A stretch of 64,000 nt of DNA from a virus (IMGVR_UViG_3300021387_000484:36089-100088), one strand, 5' to 3'. Positions 1-9,687 are shown, numbered from the stretch's first letter. Notes: generated by a model from the letters alone, not told the origin. Made by a program: numbers and translations.

Positions 1-3000
1 TTTTTTCCTCGGTTTTTGCCTCAGAAAAGTCCTTGCCTTTGGCCCAGCCGCCTGCGCCGCCCAGTGCCTTCCCGTTCTCATCCAGCGGGATATGCGCACC
101 CTTCTCAGTGGTTATCCACTCAGCAGGCTCCTCGTCGCAATGTACTATGTCCCTCGCTACAATGATTGTAACATTGCCGCAGACAGAGTCAAGTAATTTC
201 TCGGAAATATATTTGTTTCCGCATAACCACAACTTGCTCATCAAGCCATTTCGGGTCATAGGCGCATGTTTTTTCGCTTTGTAGGCTTTTCCTCCGATTA
301 CGCCGTCACTGCGGTTCGGTCTCCCGATGATGAGCACCGGTATCGTTTCAATCCCGGCTTTGTACGCGGCTACGGCCCTGTGCCGCCCTTCCTGTCCCAT
401 GTCCTTGTAGTTCAGGTATGGAAGGTCGAACTTCACGCCCTTCTTCATCTGCTCGGCATACTTGTCCGTGGTCTTTTCATCAACTGCACCCATGGTGCTT
501 TCCATAGTGCCGTTGTGGAAAATCTCATAGGCGCACCGCTCAAGGTACTCCCTCGGAGACATCTCTACAATCCTGCCTTTGCCGTTCTCAAGGTATTCGT
601 CTCCGAAAGAATTGCTGGTCTTGTCAAGCGTGAAGCCCTCATAATCCTCCTGCTTGGCGTCTTTAAGCTTGTTTGGCTTATAGGCCGCGACCTGACGCTT
701 GTGTTCTTGCTCTTTCATCTTGTCGAGCTTTTCCGACGCCTCATCCCTAGCTTTTCTCTGCTTATGCCAATCTTCTTCGACCTTTGATAATTCTTCTTTG
801 AGCCTTTCCCCTTTCTTGGTGTATATCCTCGGCTTTTTCCCTATCAGTGACTGGTACTCATCTTCCTCGTCCCACTCATCTTTGGGCTTCGGCCTGCTCT
901 CAGCCTTTATGGCTTCTTCAAGTACTTCGCGCTTAGCCCACAGCTCATCGGCTTTTTCCCATGATTCTTTATGGGCGGCGGCTACGTCCTTAAACGCTTT
1001 CGTATCCCTGTATGAATGTACCGGCAAAAAGTCGGTTAACTTCCTTTTCCCGACTTCTGGCGTGGGACGGTGTTCAATGGTGGGTTCGCTCTTCGCATGA
1101 GAAAAGTCCTCTCCCTCAAGGTCGCCGCCGTTCACCGCCTTGCCTTCTTCATTCAGGAGTATATGCGTGCCGTTTACGGTTATCCAATCCTCGTCATAAT
1201 CACCGATGTCAAAGTCATCAATGAGTTCATCAATGGGTTCGTCTTCAAAAGAAGCATCAGTCCTGTTGCGCCTGCGGATGTCCTCAAGCCTGCTAAGCTT
1301 TGACTCAAGCTGTAAATCAAACTCGCCTTCGCTGTCCGCTTTAGTCTCCTGAACGTCATTGGTCAATACCCAGCCGACGACCTTGCCGTCCTGTATGGCT
1401 TCAACCTTACCGTCTTTTGCCGGGCGGAAAGTGATAATCCCTTCTTCAGCAGAATCCTTGTTCTGCCTGCCGTCAAGGATGATGGTCTTGGTCCTGTTCA
1501 GGATAATAGTGTAGGAAATCTCATCAGGATTTGTGGCGTATTCGGTGTTATACCTTATCGCATCGTACCCCATCGCCGCCGCATATACGCCGATGTTCAT
1601 GAACTTTTGCCTGATAGCCATGGAAGACTTGTCCAGCTGGTCCAGCGCTTCGGCAAGTTTCCCGTCTGCCTTTTCTTTTATGCCCTTGCCGATAGCTTCC
1701 AGTTTGTCCAGCGTACTATCGTCAAAGGATTCTGCGGCCTCTGCCATTTCGCTAAATGACACACCGCTTCCAGCCGGGTCCGTATTATACTTTGTGTATG
1801 TATACGCCTTTTCGCCGTACTGCTCCTTTACCTTGTCAAGTTCCCCGTCTATGCAGTTCTGGCTAATCTTCCTTCTCTTCTCAACGCTCATTGTCCCCCA
1901 GTACTGACTCTCGGCCTCTTTATAGTCGACAATCTTTGCACTCGGGTCCAGCGTCATTGTCTCGGTATAGGAAACAGGGCTCTTTGTACCTTCCTGCTTA
2001 AAGCTGTCTTCGTACTTATCATGGTAGCCCTGTATTTCTTTTTTGACACCGTCGGTCATCTGCCCCGTATAGCTTGAGGCTGTATACATGCCCTGCCCCA
2101 GAGCCTGCCCGCCGTAACACTCCACGTAAAACTCGCCGCCGTACAGGGCGTCCCTGTAGGCATCCAGTGTCTTCTGGTCAGACGCCATGTATATACGTTG
2201 TGCTACCATGCCGCTTGCCTTCACGGCTTCGTCAAACTCTTTCTGAGATACAACCTTGGGAAGACCGTCGAACCCCTGCTTATGGATAACGGTAACTATA
2301 TCAGGGTCACCCCTGTAGTTCTTTGAAATATCCTTTCCGTTTACGACCTTGTGGCCACCCGGCTTTGATGCAGTGCTCTTAGGTGCCCGCTTCTGGCTCT
2401 TCGCTTCCTTGAACGACTTGCCTTTTAGCTTTCCGCCGCTCATGGCCTCGCCGTTCTCGTTCAACAGGACGTGCGTGCCTTTGATGGTCACCCAGTCATC
2501 GTCGTCTTCTCTGGCAGGGGATTGATAATCGTCAGTATAAACGTGCCCGATGGCGCGTCCTTCCCTTATGGCGTCTATCTTCCCGTTCTTGCCGGGCCTG
2601 AATGTAATGGTGCCCCTATCCTCCTCATCCTTGTGGTTTCTGCTGTCTTTGATGATGGTCTTTGTACGATTGAGAATGACTGTGTAGGTGGCATGTTCCT
2701 TGTCACTTCCAACCCTGACCGCATCATACCCTAGCGCGGCGGCGTAAGCGTTGATGTCACCAAACCGTGCCCGTAACTTCATGGAACGTTCTTTAAGCAG
2801 GTCTTCATACCTGTCCAATAGGTCATAGGTTATATCATCAATCATTTCTGCCATGTCTTCACCTATGGCAGATTCGGCCTTGCGGCTTTCGCGTTCAGAG
2901 ACTGCCGGGTCACCGCACATGCTCCTCGCATACAAAGCCGCATCGGGTCCGTATTCTTCCTCAATCTCACGGATGCCATCCGCGACCATGCCCTTATCAA

Positions 3001-4726
3001 AGTCAATGCTTTTAGAGTTAAACTTTCCGAACCACTTTTCCCCAATGTCTTTGAAGTCTGCTATCTTTGCGCCGGGGGCAAGCGTCATGTCCTCAATGAC
3101 ATAATACGGGTCAGTTGCGGCATGCCGTCTTGCATAGCCGTTCACTTCGGTTTCAACCTCTTCTGTGCCCTTTCCCGTGTAATCAGTGACAGTGTACATG
3201 CCTTTTCCGAACAGTGCCCCGCCTTCGCATTCCACGTACCAATCGCCGTTGTAGAGTGCGTCCTGATACGCGTCAAGGACTTCCTGAGAAGAAGCTGAAT
3301 AGGCTCTCTTCGCAACGACGCCGCTCTCTTTCACCGCCCTGTCAAACTCTTCGTCTGAGACGACCTGAGGCAAGCCGTCAAAGCCCTGCGCACGCATGAC
3401 AGACTTGATATCACCGTCACCATCGTATGAGTCAAGGATGTTATTTCCACTTACCGGCCTTCGTGTTTTTGGCTCTTCCCTTTTGGGAGTATTCCCGGCT
3501 TCTCCTTCCTCAGCCCCTTTCATCAGCTCAGCAAAAGGGTCGAACTCGTCGGGGTCGCCGCCTTTCATCGCATTGACCACATGTGGGTTTCCCTTATCCG
3601 GTTCACCCTCTTCATTGATATGAACTTTATGTCCATTCTTCGTAGTTATCCAGCGGTCTTCACCAGCGTCTCTTCGCCCTCTGCCGTCACCGTCTTTCCG
3701 AAGCGTGTCTGCGAACTGGCCCTCATCACCGTTTATCCATGCAACCTTTGACAGCGGTATCTTCTTGGAGTAGACCTTGCCGCCTTCACCGCCCGCGTAC
3801 TGCTGTGCCTGAATCCTGCTTGTTGAGACGAACACGCCCTGCCGAATCGGATATGAGGAATAGACCGTAATCTTGCCGGTCTTCTGCGCCTTTTCTGCAT
3901 CAGCCTTTGAAAAATCACCCCATGCAAAGCTGTCACCGTCGTCTTCGGTCAAAACCTCATCCCACGTCTTTATGTCGGATGGCTTCCTGATACCGACGTG
4001 ATAATCGTCAAGCATCGGATTGTTTTCCTGAATAATCTTATACTGCGCGACCTTCTCTTTTGGCTGGGTCCTCAGCTCGTGCTCAAGTTGTATTCTTTCT
4101 CTCTGAGCCTTGGCTTCTTTTTCCGCTTTTCCCCTGACCTGCCGCTCTCTGCTTTTTCTGGAAGCCTCTTCCTGCTTCTGCTTTTTGTGGGCAAGCCATT
4201 CTTCCTTCGTGCCCTGCCAGTCGGCCTTCAGCATCTCAATCTGGGTCTTTATCTTCGACTTTGCCATCAGGCCCTTGGTGCCTTCAAGCTCTGTCTCAAG
4301 CTGTTTTATCTTGGCCTCTTTATCTGGGCCCGATATCCCGCTACCGGCGGTTTTGTCAACCATCGACTCAATGACTTTCGAGTTACCTTTGTCGGGCACG
4401 CCCTCTTCATTTATATGGACTTTGTGATTGTTCTTGGTCGTTACCCAGCGGCCCTCTTCGTCTGCGCCATCTTTTCTCTGTCCGCTGTATTCAGCCCACA
4501 TGGCTTCGACCTTCTCAACATCGTCACAGTCTCTGGGCTTTACCCCCTCACTGTTCTTCCACTGAGCAAAGTCCCTCTCGGAGTCGTCGTCCTCGAACTT
4601 GTCAAGGTTCTCTTCCAGCCACTCATCGTAGGCATTGTCCATATGGACGGAGTCGGCTCTTTTGTCTTCAGCACGGTAAGCGAACACGAATGCCATTACC
4701 GCCTTATTGAATTCCTGCGTGGTCAT
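1..4726 (-). CDS. Giant (>1575 aa, 3'-truncated by window edge) modular head-region polyprotein: ART-like, 2x PARP/ART-like, ParB/Srx-like domains, each behind a WxTxxGxH module
   Basis: Manual translation from ATG at 4726 (RBS AAGGAGG just upstream) stays open to position 2. Motifs: ITVYSS..FVSTS..DEG; GFDGLP..G.GMY..GYDA..Y..ILNRT (twice); QEGRHRA..AG...IPV. Absent from the ORF track because no stop lies inside the window. Confidence 0.9.
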   Translation of the reverse strand, partial: MTTQEFNKAVMAFVFAYRAEDKRADSVHMDNAYDEWLEENLDKFEDDDSERDFAQWKNSEGVKPRDCDDVEKVEAMWAEYSGQRKDGADEEGRWVTTKNNHKVHINEEGVPDKGNSKVIESMVDKTAGSGISGPDKEAKIKQLETELEGTKGLMAKSKIKTQIEMLKADWQGTKEEWLAHKKQKQEEASRKSRERQVRGKAEKEAKAQRERIQLEHELRTQPKEKVAQYKIIQENNPMLDDYHVGIRKPSDIKTWDEVLTEDDGDSFAWGDFSKADAEKAQKTGKITVYSSYPIRQGVFVSTSRIQAQQYAGGEGGKVYSKKIPLSKVAWINGDEGQFADTLRKDGDGRGRRDAGEDRWITTKNGHKVHINEEGEPDKGNPHVVNAMKGGDPDEFDPFAELMKGAEEGEAGNTPKREEPKTRRPVSGNNILDSYDGDGDIKSVMRAQGFDGLPQVVSDEEFDRAVKESGVVAKRAYSASSQEVLDAYQDALYNGDWYVECEGGALFGKGMYTVTDYTGKGTEEVETEVNGYARRHAATDPYYVIEDMTLAPGAKIADFKDIGEKWFGKFNSKSIDFDKGMVADGIREIEEEYGPDAALYARSMCGDPAVSERESRKAESAIGEDMAEMIDDITYDLLDRYEDLLKERSMKLRARFGDINAYAAALGYDAVRVGSDKEHATYTVILNRTKTIIKDSRNHKDEEDRGTITFRPGKNGKIDAIREGRAIGHVYTDDYQSPAREDDDDWVTIKGTHVLLNENGEAMSGGKLKGKSFKEAKSQKRAPKSTASKPGGHKVVNGKDISKNYRGDPDIVTVIHKQGFDGLPKVVSQKEFDEAVKASGMVAQRIYMASDQKTLDAYRDALYGGEFYVECYGGQALGQGMYTASSYTGQMTDGVKKEIQGYHDKYEDSFKQEGTKSPVSYTETMTLDPSAKIVDYKEAESQYWGTMSVEKRRKISQNCIDGELDKVKEQYGEKAYTYTKYNTDPAGSGVSFSEMAEAAESFDDSTLDKLEAIGKGIKEKADGKLAEALDQLDKSSMAIRQKFMNIGVYAAAMGYDAIRYNTEYATNPDEISYTIILNRTKTIILDGRQNKDSAEEGIITFRPAKDGKVEAIQDGKVVGWVLTNDVQETKADSEGEFDLQLESKLSRLEDIRRRNRTDASFEDEPIDELIDDFDIGDYDEDWITVNGTHILLNEEGKAVNGGDLEGEDFSHAKSEPTIEHRPTPEVGKRKLTDFLPVHSYRDTKAFKDVAAAHKESWEKADELWAKREVLEEAIKAESRPKPKDEWDEEDEYQSLIGKKPRIYTKKGERLKEELSKVEEDWHKQRKARDEASEKLDKMKEQEHKRQVAAYKPNKLKDAKQEDYEGFTLDKTSNSFGDEYLENGKGRIVEMSPREYLERCAYEIFHNGTMESTMGAVDEKTTDKYAEQMKKGVKFDLPYLNYKDMGQEGRHRAVAAYKAGIETIPVLIIGRPNRSDGVIGGKAYKAKKHAPMTRNGLMSKLWLCGNKYISEKLLDSVCGNVTIIVARDIVHCDEEPAEWITTEKGAHIPLDENGKALGGAGGWAKGKDFSEAKTEEK
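165..192 (-). promoter_or_regulatory. Sigma-A-like promoter embedded in the coding linker of the giant ORF
   Basis: TTGACT-16nt-TACAAT with extended -10 TG. Confidence 0.5.
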
Positions 4727-4807
4727 CCGCGCCTCCTTTTGCCAAACAACTGACAGGTATCTGTACAAATAAAAATCAGCCCTGTGACAGGCCGATTTTC
4801 CCCATAA

Positions 4808-4834
4808 AAAAAGCAGGGTGTTTGCCCTGCTTTT
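4808..4834. terminator. Probable bidirectional intrinsic terminator
   Basis: AAAAAGCAGGG-tgtttg-CCCTGCTTTT hairpin flanked by A and T runs. Confidence 0.7.
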
Positions 4835-4856
4835 AAATCAACGTATGTTTCTGCTC

Positions 4857-5156
4857 TTACATAAGCCTTCTATCCCGTGGTGTCTTCTTCACAACGGGAA
4901 TCTTACGGCCTTTGAGGGAACTGCGTTCCACAACCTTTCCCTCCCACGTGTAGTAGGGGTCTTCCATTTCAGGATGCATCTTCCCCATAAAGTAGTTGCC
5001 GCCCATAAAAACCATCGCATAAGACTCAAAATCGTGCTTCTCGTCATCACTTGCTGTGGACTTGAGCCTGTGGTTGAACACGCTTTCCTTGTTCCCATTA
5101 GGGTCGACCAGAACGTACTTGTCCCCCCACATTGTCTCCGGTGCCGGTCCTATCAT
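4857..5156 (-). CDS. Hypothetical protein
   Basis: 99-aa ORF co-oriented with operon, overlaps upstream gene. Confidence 0.55.
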   Translation of the reverse strand: MIGPAPETMWGDKYVLVDPNGNKESVFNHRLKSTASDDEKHDFESYAMVFMGGNYFMGKMHPEMEDPYYTWEGKVVERSSLKGRKIPVVKKTPRDRRLM

Positions 5157-5292
5157 CGTTTTTCTTCCTGCCTTTTATAACATAGTTATTGGTGTACACG
5201 TAGCCAACCACCTTCCCATCGCGGACGGCTTCCATCCTGCCGTCTCCGGGGCGGAAAGTAATATCATCCTTCGCCATACGTTTTGTACTCAT
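5098..5292 (-). CDS. Small protein consisting of the ITFRP module also found twice inside the giant ORF
   Basis: DDITFRPGDGRMEAVRDGKVVGYVYT vs GTITFRPGKNGKIDAIREGRAIGHVYT and GIITFRPAKDGKVEAIQDGKVVGWVLT. Confidence 0.7.
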   Translation of the reverse strand: MSTKRMAKDDITFRPGDGRMEAVRDGKVVGYVYTNNYVIKGRKKNDDRTGTGDNVGGQVRSGRP

Positions 5293-5306
5293 GAGAAATT
5301 CTTCGC

Positions 5307-5555
5307 TTACTCCACAATATACCTAGGAAATCTATAAGGCTTCCCGCCGTTGAGTTTTTTCTTGTATTCAAACTCGGACTTGTACGCGTCATAATACTCT
5401 CTGTCGTCTGGGTTTATTTCAAACCCTCCGTCTTCCAGTCGCTTCCCTGCTTCGACCAAATCCATAATTTTATGCATCTTCTTTGTGAACCCGTATTTGT
5501 CAGGTTTATCCGCCTTGCCAAAATTAACTGTCCTAGCGCAATTATCCCAATCCAT
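5307..5555 (-). CDS. Small protein downstream of zeta-like kinase; candidate antitoxin/immunity protein
   Basis: 82-aa ORF with strong RBS (AAGGAGG) and its own promoter. Confidence 0.65.
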   Translation of the reverse strand: MDWDNCARTVNFGKADKPDKYGFTKKMHKIMDLVEAGKRLEDGGFEINPDDREYYDAYKSEFEYKKKLNGGKPYRFPRYIVE

Positions 5556-5578
5556 TTCGTCTACCTCCTTCCAAAATT

Positions 5579-5606
5579 ATTATAACATAAGAAGTGTTAG
5601 CGTCAA
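5579..5606 (-). promoter_or_regulatory. Sigma-A promoter for the 82-aa gene
   Basis: TTGACG-16nt-TATAAT with TGn extension. Confidence 0.75.
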
Positions 5607-5629
5607 TTTCCCCTCGTCGTCTTTGCTGT

Positions 5630-6817
5630 TCACGAAGCTTTTTCCCCTTTTTTCTTCTTCTGCGCTTCGGGCAAACTCTTGAGCTCTTCTATTCGTTTCG
5701 GGTCGTATTTGTAATTGGCATTGTCTAGGAACATTTGATAAAGCTCTTGATTGTGTATTGTGAGTCCTTTCCCACCACCACCGCTGGCAATAAGAACCGG
5801 GGGTTCACCCTTCTTCATGTTTGCATACAGCTTCACATCGTCGAAATCTTTGGCGATTTCAGGAAGTATTTTAGATATCTCTTTATGTGTGTGTATCAAA
5901 AGGCCATCTTTAACGCTTCTCTCTCTTGCGGTATTTGCTATAATGGCATCTTCTATTGGCTTAAACACATAAACGCCATTAACAGTATGCCCCGCCTCTT
6001 TGGCCTCTTTGATTTTCTTCCTCATTTTCTCGACGCTTCCGTCGCCTGTACCATCTACCAAGACATTATAGCCATTCTCCTGTGCTATTTTTGTAATACG
6101 CTTTGCAAGAGCGCTCGATTCTTCGTGCACCGGTGAAGGATGGTCAGGGTCATATTCTGGCATAGGCTTCTTGCAAGCATCCGGGTCAACAAGAATGCGT
6201 TCGTCTTTGCCCGGCATATTTAGGTTTTCCGCTTCGTTCTCGACAACATAAGATTTGCCGCTTGCTGGACCGCCCCCCATAAAAGTAGTGACAGGCTTCC
6301 CTTTAGCTTTCTTAACCCCTCTAAACGTATTGTCTATAATCTTGCTATGAAGGGCCTCCCTTTCTTCGGTCCATTCTCCATTGTCATTTGTGTGCATGCG
6401 CATGGTTTCGCCCGAATCGGAAGCTTTATCTTTTGGGTCGACATGCGTCACCCCATAACCGTTTTTAAATGTATGCTCTCGCTTATAACCACCTATCACT
6501 TTCGCCTTAGAAGAAACAGAACTGGACACATACTTTTTTGCACTGGACGCGCCTTTTGTGGCCTTGGACGAAGAAGAACCAGTCTCCTTTTCTGAGCCTT
6601 CACCCAAGGCTTTGAGCTGGCCTCCAATAGGCTTCTTGTTCTCATCAACCGGGATGTGATTTCCTTTGACCGTAATCCATGAATCAGGTTCTTTTTTATC
6701 CATACGCCTGTGCTTGACGTGCTTCCTGACTCTGCTTATCACATACCCATCTTCCCTGCGCTGTTTGAGGGACCGGCGTATCCGACCAAGCTTCGTATCT
6801 AAAGTTGTTCTCTTCAT
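5630..6817 (-). CDS. Zeta-toxin-like P-loop kinase with N-terminal cargo module
   Basis: GGGPASGKS Walker A, VDPD, HEESS, VLVDGT; N-terminal RMD..WITVKGNHIPVDE. Confidence 0.85.
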   Translation of the reverse strand: MKRTTLDTKLGRIRRSLKQRREDGYVISRVRKHVKHRRMDKKEPDSWITVKGNHIPVDENKKPIGGQLKALGEGSEKETGSSSSKATKGASSAKKYVSSSVSSKAKVIGGYKREHTFKNGYGVTHVDPKDKASDSGETMRMHTNDNGEWTEEREALHSKIIDNTFRGVKKAKGKPVTTFMGGGPASGKSYVVENEAENLNMPGKDERILVDPDACKKPMPEYDPDHPSPVHEESSALAKRITKIAQENGYNVLVDGTGDGSVEKMRKKIKEAKEAGHTVNGVYVFKPIEDAIIANTARERSVKDGLLIHTHKEISKILPEIAKDFDDVKLYANMKKGEPPVLIASGGGGKGLTIHNQELYQMFLDNANYKYDPKRIEELKSLPEAQKKKKGEKAS

Positions 6818-6841
6818 GGTTTCCTCCGTTTCACCGCCCCT

Positions 6842-7375
6842 TCAAAACACGGCGTCACTGAATTCTATCTGTTTTTGCAATAACCTGTGACAGACATATA
6901 TGCTCTGGAAGTTCGGGCTGTTTAAAAGCCCCTTGTCTTTGTGATAAAACTTCATCCTGCCTGACGGGATAAGCAACTGGACCCCGTGGTCTCGAAACAG
7001 CTCCACCCGCTTCTTGCTGTCAAACAAACCATTGAAATTCATGACGAGCGCGAACGGAACATCCATTTCAAACAGCCTCTCAAAAATCGCATTCCTCTTG
7101 CTAAAAGGCGGATTACTCACCACTATGTCCCCGGCAGGCACTGAGTACTCGAAGAAGTCCTGTCCCGTGGCTATATGCCCGTATCTCACGTCAATCCCAA
7201 GTTTATTGAATGTCTGAACAAACCTGCTTTCCTCTGTATCGAAGGGGCACCATATGTTTTTGTACCCCCCCCTCAAAATGTACGGCACAATCATGTCCAC
7301 AACGTTCTGCGGGGAATAGTATTCGTCACCGTTAATACTCTGTTTGATTTGAGTTGAAATACTCTTTGTATCCAA
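6842..7375 (-). CDS. Small phage DNA amino (N6A/N4C) methyltransferase
   Basis: DEYYSP, IWCPFD, DFF, VSNPPFS catalytic motif. Confidence 0.8.
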   Translation of the reverse strand: MDTKSISTQIKQSINGDEYYSPQNVVDMIVPYILRGGYKNIWCPFDTEESRFVQTFNKLGIDVRYGHIATGQDFFEYSVPAGDIVVSNPPFSKRNAIFERLFEMDVPFALVMNFNGLFDSKKRVELFRDHGVQLLIPSGRMKFYHKDKGLLNSPNFQSIYVCHRLLQKQIEFSDAVF

Positions 7376-7378
7376 CGG

Positions 7379-9460
7379 TCACCCCTTTCTTTTGAGCAGT
7401 GCGTCTCTGATACGTGCCACTTTGTCTTCGATACGCAAGGTGCCTGAAGGTCCTTCTTCGGCGCTGTCCCGGTTCTTATTCGGCGCTATCATGCCCGGCA
7501 CAAGTATCTCCGACTCGCCATTCGTAAACACACTCCCGTAGGTATCTATGGGCCTTATCTCCGCCTCGTAGACCACCCCGTTCGGGTCGAACTTTGCCCC
7601 CTGTCCGACATCGCTTCCTGTAAAGCTCTCCGCCACCTTCCTGCTGAATGTGTAGGATGAAAAAGGGGAAACTCCGTCATATTCCTTGCCTGTCCCGCCC
7701 CTGTACATCTTGATTGGCGTAACCAAGAATTCGTCATACGGAAGCGGCTCGGTACCCTGTTCCTTGCAGAAATATTTGTAGTTGCCGTACATGATGTTCA
7801 GTGCGGCATTATGCACCTCAGGGCTTTTGGTCATCTGTGCTACAAGGGCTTCTTTGACTTCGTGGTTGTATTCCGTAAACCACTGGTGGACAGTGCCGCT
7901 GTACAGGTTGTCGGCCAGTGTCTCATCAGCCTCGTCCCTGCTCACCTCTTTGAAGTCCTTGGAGCAAAGGGCAAGTCTTGTCTTGTTGTATTCTTCTTTG
8001 CACGCCTCGTACCCGTCACCGCCCTCATCCTCTATCTTGTGATAAAAGCCGTAGAGCATCTTTGGGTTCCGCTTGTTGCCTATGTTCTTCTTCACAAAAT
8101 CATCGAAGCTGTCTTCAAGGGTTACATCGTACCCAGTCTGCGCTGGCTTTAATGCGTCTGTGAGGCTATCCGCGCTTGGCGGCCCACTACGCAAAAGAGC
8201 AGGTCCTTTCGAACCCGCTCCCGTCTTTACGCTCTTGGCGCGTGAAAATGTCTTGCCCGTAAGCTTGCCGCCCGACTGTGCCACACCCTGTTCATTGAGA
8301 AGCACATGCGTCCCTTTGACTGTTATCCAATCCTCTTCATCAGCCCTTTCCTTTATGGACTGGCGAATCCGATTAATCCTGTCCTCGATTGAAAGGCTAT
8401 CCTTGTCATCCACCCCTTTCAAAGAATCGCTGTTCTTACGCTTCCTCTTTTTTCTCGGTGTAAATGTATATGTAAACCCAAACTTCGCGGCGTTCTTCTT
8501 GTAAAACTCATGGAACGGTTCCGTTTCCAGCCTGCGGGCTTCCTCTTTCACCTTTGCCTTGTACGATTCATTGTAATCGTTATATCCTGATTCCTTCGTA
8601 TAGGCATTGAGTTCGTCATTGGTGGCACCGGAATTTTTCATCTCCATCCACTTGTTTTGTATCTTATGCATTTCCCGCATCTCATGGCAGTTCTCAAGGT
8701 TTTCCCTCGCCTGCTGAAGAAGAGCGAATGCACTTACGTCCCTTGGCATTTCAGCTTCAAGAGCATCCCGCATGTCATGCCATCCCCTTGCCTGTTCTTT
8801 CGTACCGTACTTGTCGTTGACAAGGGAATATGTGCCCTCAGGGCAGGCAATGACCATCTCTCTCGCACCAAATCCAAAATCGTCAAGGTCTTCGGGGGAG
8901 AATGTCCCGCCCTCCGGGTGGTTGTGAATGGAAATGTTGCCTTCCATGTGTTGGCGCTTCTCACCGACCTTGGCGTATACTGAGCCGTGTTCGCCCCTCT
9001 TTTCCAGAACGATGTTCCCGTCCGTGTCTACGATTCTGAGCTGTTCCTTCCTGAGGTTTGCCGTCTTGCTGATTATCTGCCTGATAGTCTTGTCCTGCGC
9101 GGCGGGTCTTTGATAAGGCTTTGCTTTTCTGGTGCTCTTTGCTTTCGTAAAGGACATCCCTGCAAGTTTTCCGCCCGACTGAGCCACGCCTTCTTCGTTT
9201 AAGAGAACGTGAGTGCCCTTTATGGTCACCCAGTCCTCTTCGTCTTTGTTCTCGTTCTTCGTATCTGTGTAATCAGCAAGGTCTATGACCTCGCCGTCCC
9301 ACCGCATGTATGGAACAGACATCTGCGGATAGAGCGACCTGTAAAACTGCGTCCAGCCATATGTGTTACGGCTCTTTTCGAACCTTCCCTTTTCTATCGC
9401 GGTCGCCTGCTTTGTCATGCAGTCCGCTCTTTCGTCATAGTGCGGTATCTTCATGTCCAT
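7379..9460 (-). CDS. Two-module cargo protein: JAB/MPN-like domain plus R-S-E ADP-ribosyltransferase-like domain
   Basis: HNHPEGGTFSPED (HxHP..S..D); MYRG..FSSYT..ESEILV; two W[VI]T[IV]KGTHVLLNE modules. Confidence 0.75.
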   Translation of the reverse strand: MDMKIPHYDERADCMTKQATAIEKGRFEKSRNTYGWTQFYRSLYPQMSVPYMRWDGEVIDLADYTDTKNENKDEEDWVTIKGTHVLLNEEGVAQSGGKLAGMSFTKAKSTRKAKPYQRPAAQDKTIRQIISKTANLRKEQLRIVDTDGNIVLEKRGEHGSVYAKVGEKRQHMEGNISIHNHPEGGTFSPEDLDDFGFGAREMVIACPEGTYSLVNDKYGTKEQARGWHDMRDALEAEMPRDVSAFALLQQARENLENCHEMREMHKIQNKWMEMKNSGATNDELNAYTKESGYNDYNESYKAKVKEEARRLETEPFHEFYKKNAAKFGFTYTFTPRKKRKRKNSDSLKGVDDKDSLSIEDRINRIRQSIKERADEEDWITVKGTHVLLNEQGVAQSGGKLTGKTFSRAKSVKTGAGSKGPALLRSGPPSADSLTDALKPAQTGYDVTLEDSFDDFVKKNIGNKRNPKMLYGFYHKIEDEGGDGYEACKEEYNKTRLALCSKDFKEVSRDEADETLADNLYSGTVHQWFTEYNHEVKEALVAQMTKSPEVHNAALNIMYGNYKYFCKEQGTEPLPYDEFLVTPIKMYRGGTGKEYDGVSPFSSYTFSRKVAESFTGSDVGQGAKFDPNGVVYEAEIRPIDTYGSVFTNGESEILVPGMIAPNKNRDSAEEGPSGTLRIEDKVARIRDALLKRKG

Positions 9461-9468
9461 CTCCGTTA

Positions 9469-9687
9469 TCAGAGCATAATACCCTCTTTAGGCGGGTCAA
9501 CGTAATAGTCCCACGGATGCTTTTCATCGACGCATCGCTTGTAGAAAGCCTCCGTCTTTTCGTCTGGCTTTCTAAACCACGGGTTCATGTTCCCCGCGCC
9601 GAACATCCCGATATAATCAGCTGTGTGCGGAAAGCCCTGTTCCCTCATCAAATCAGCTATGGCCTTATCCCTCTGTGTCAGTTTCAC
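9469..9687 (-). CDS. Small protein coupled to portal fusion stop codon; possible immunity protein
   Basis: 72-aa ORF with 4-nt overlap. Confidence 0.55.
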   Translation of the reverse strand: MKLTQRDKAIADLMREQGFPHTADYIGMFGAGNMNPWFRKPDEKTEAFYKRCVDEKHPWDYYVDPPKEGIML

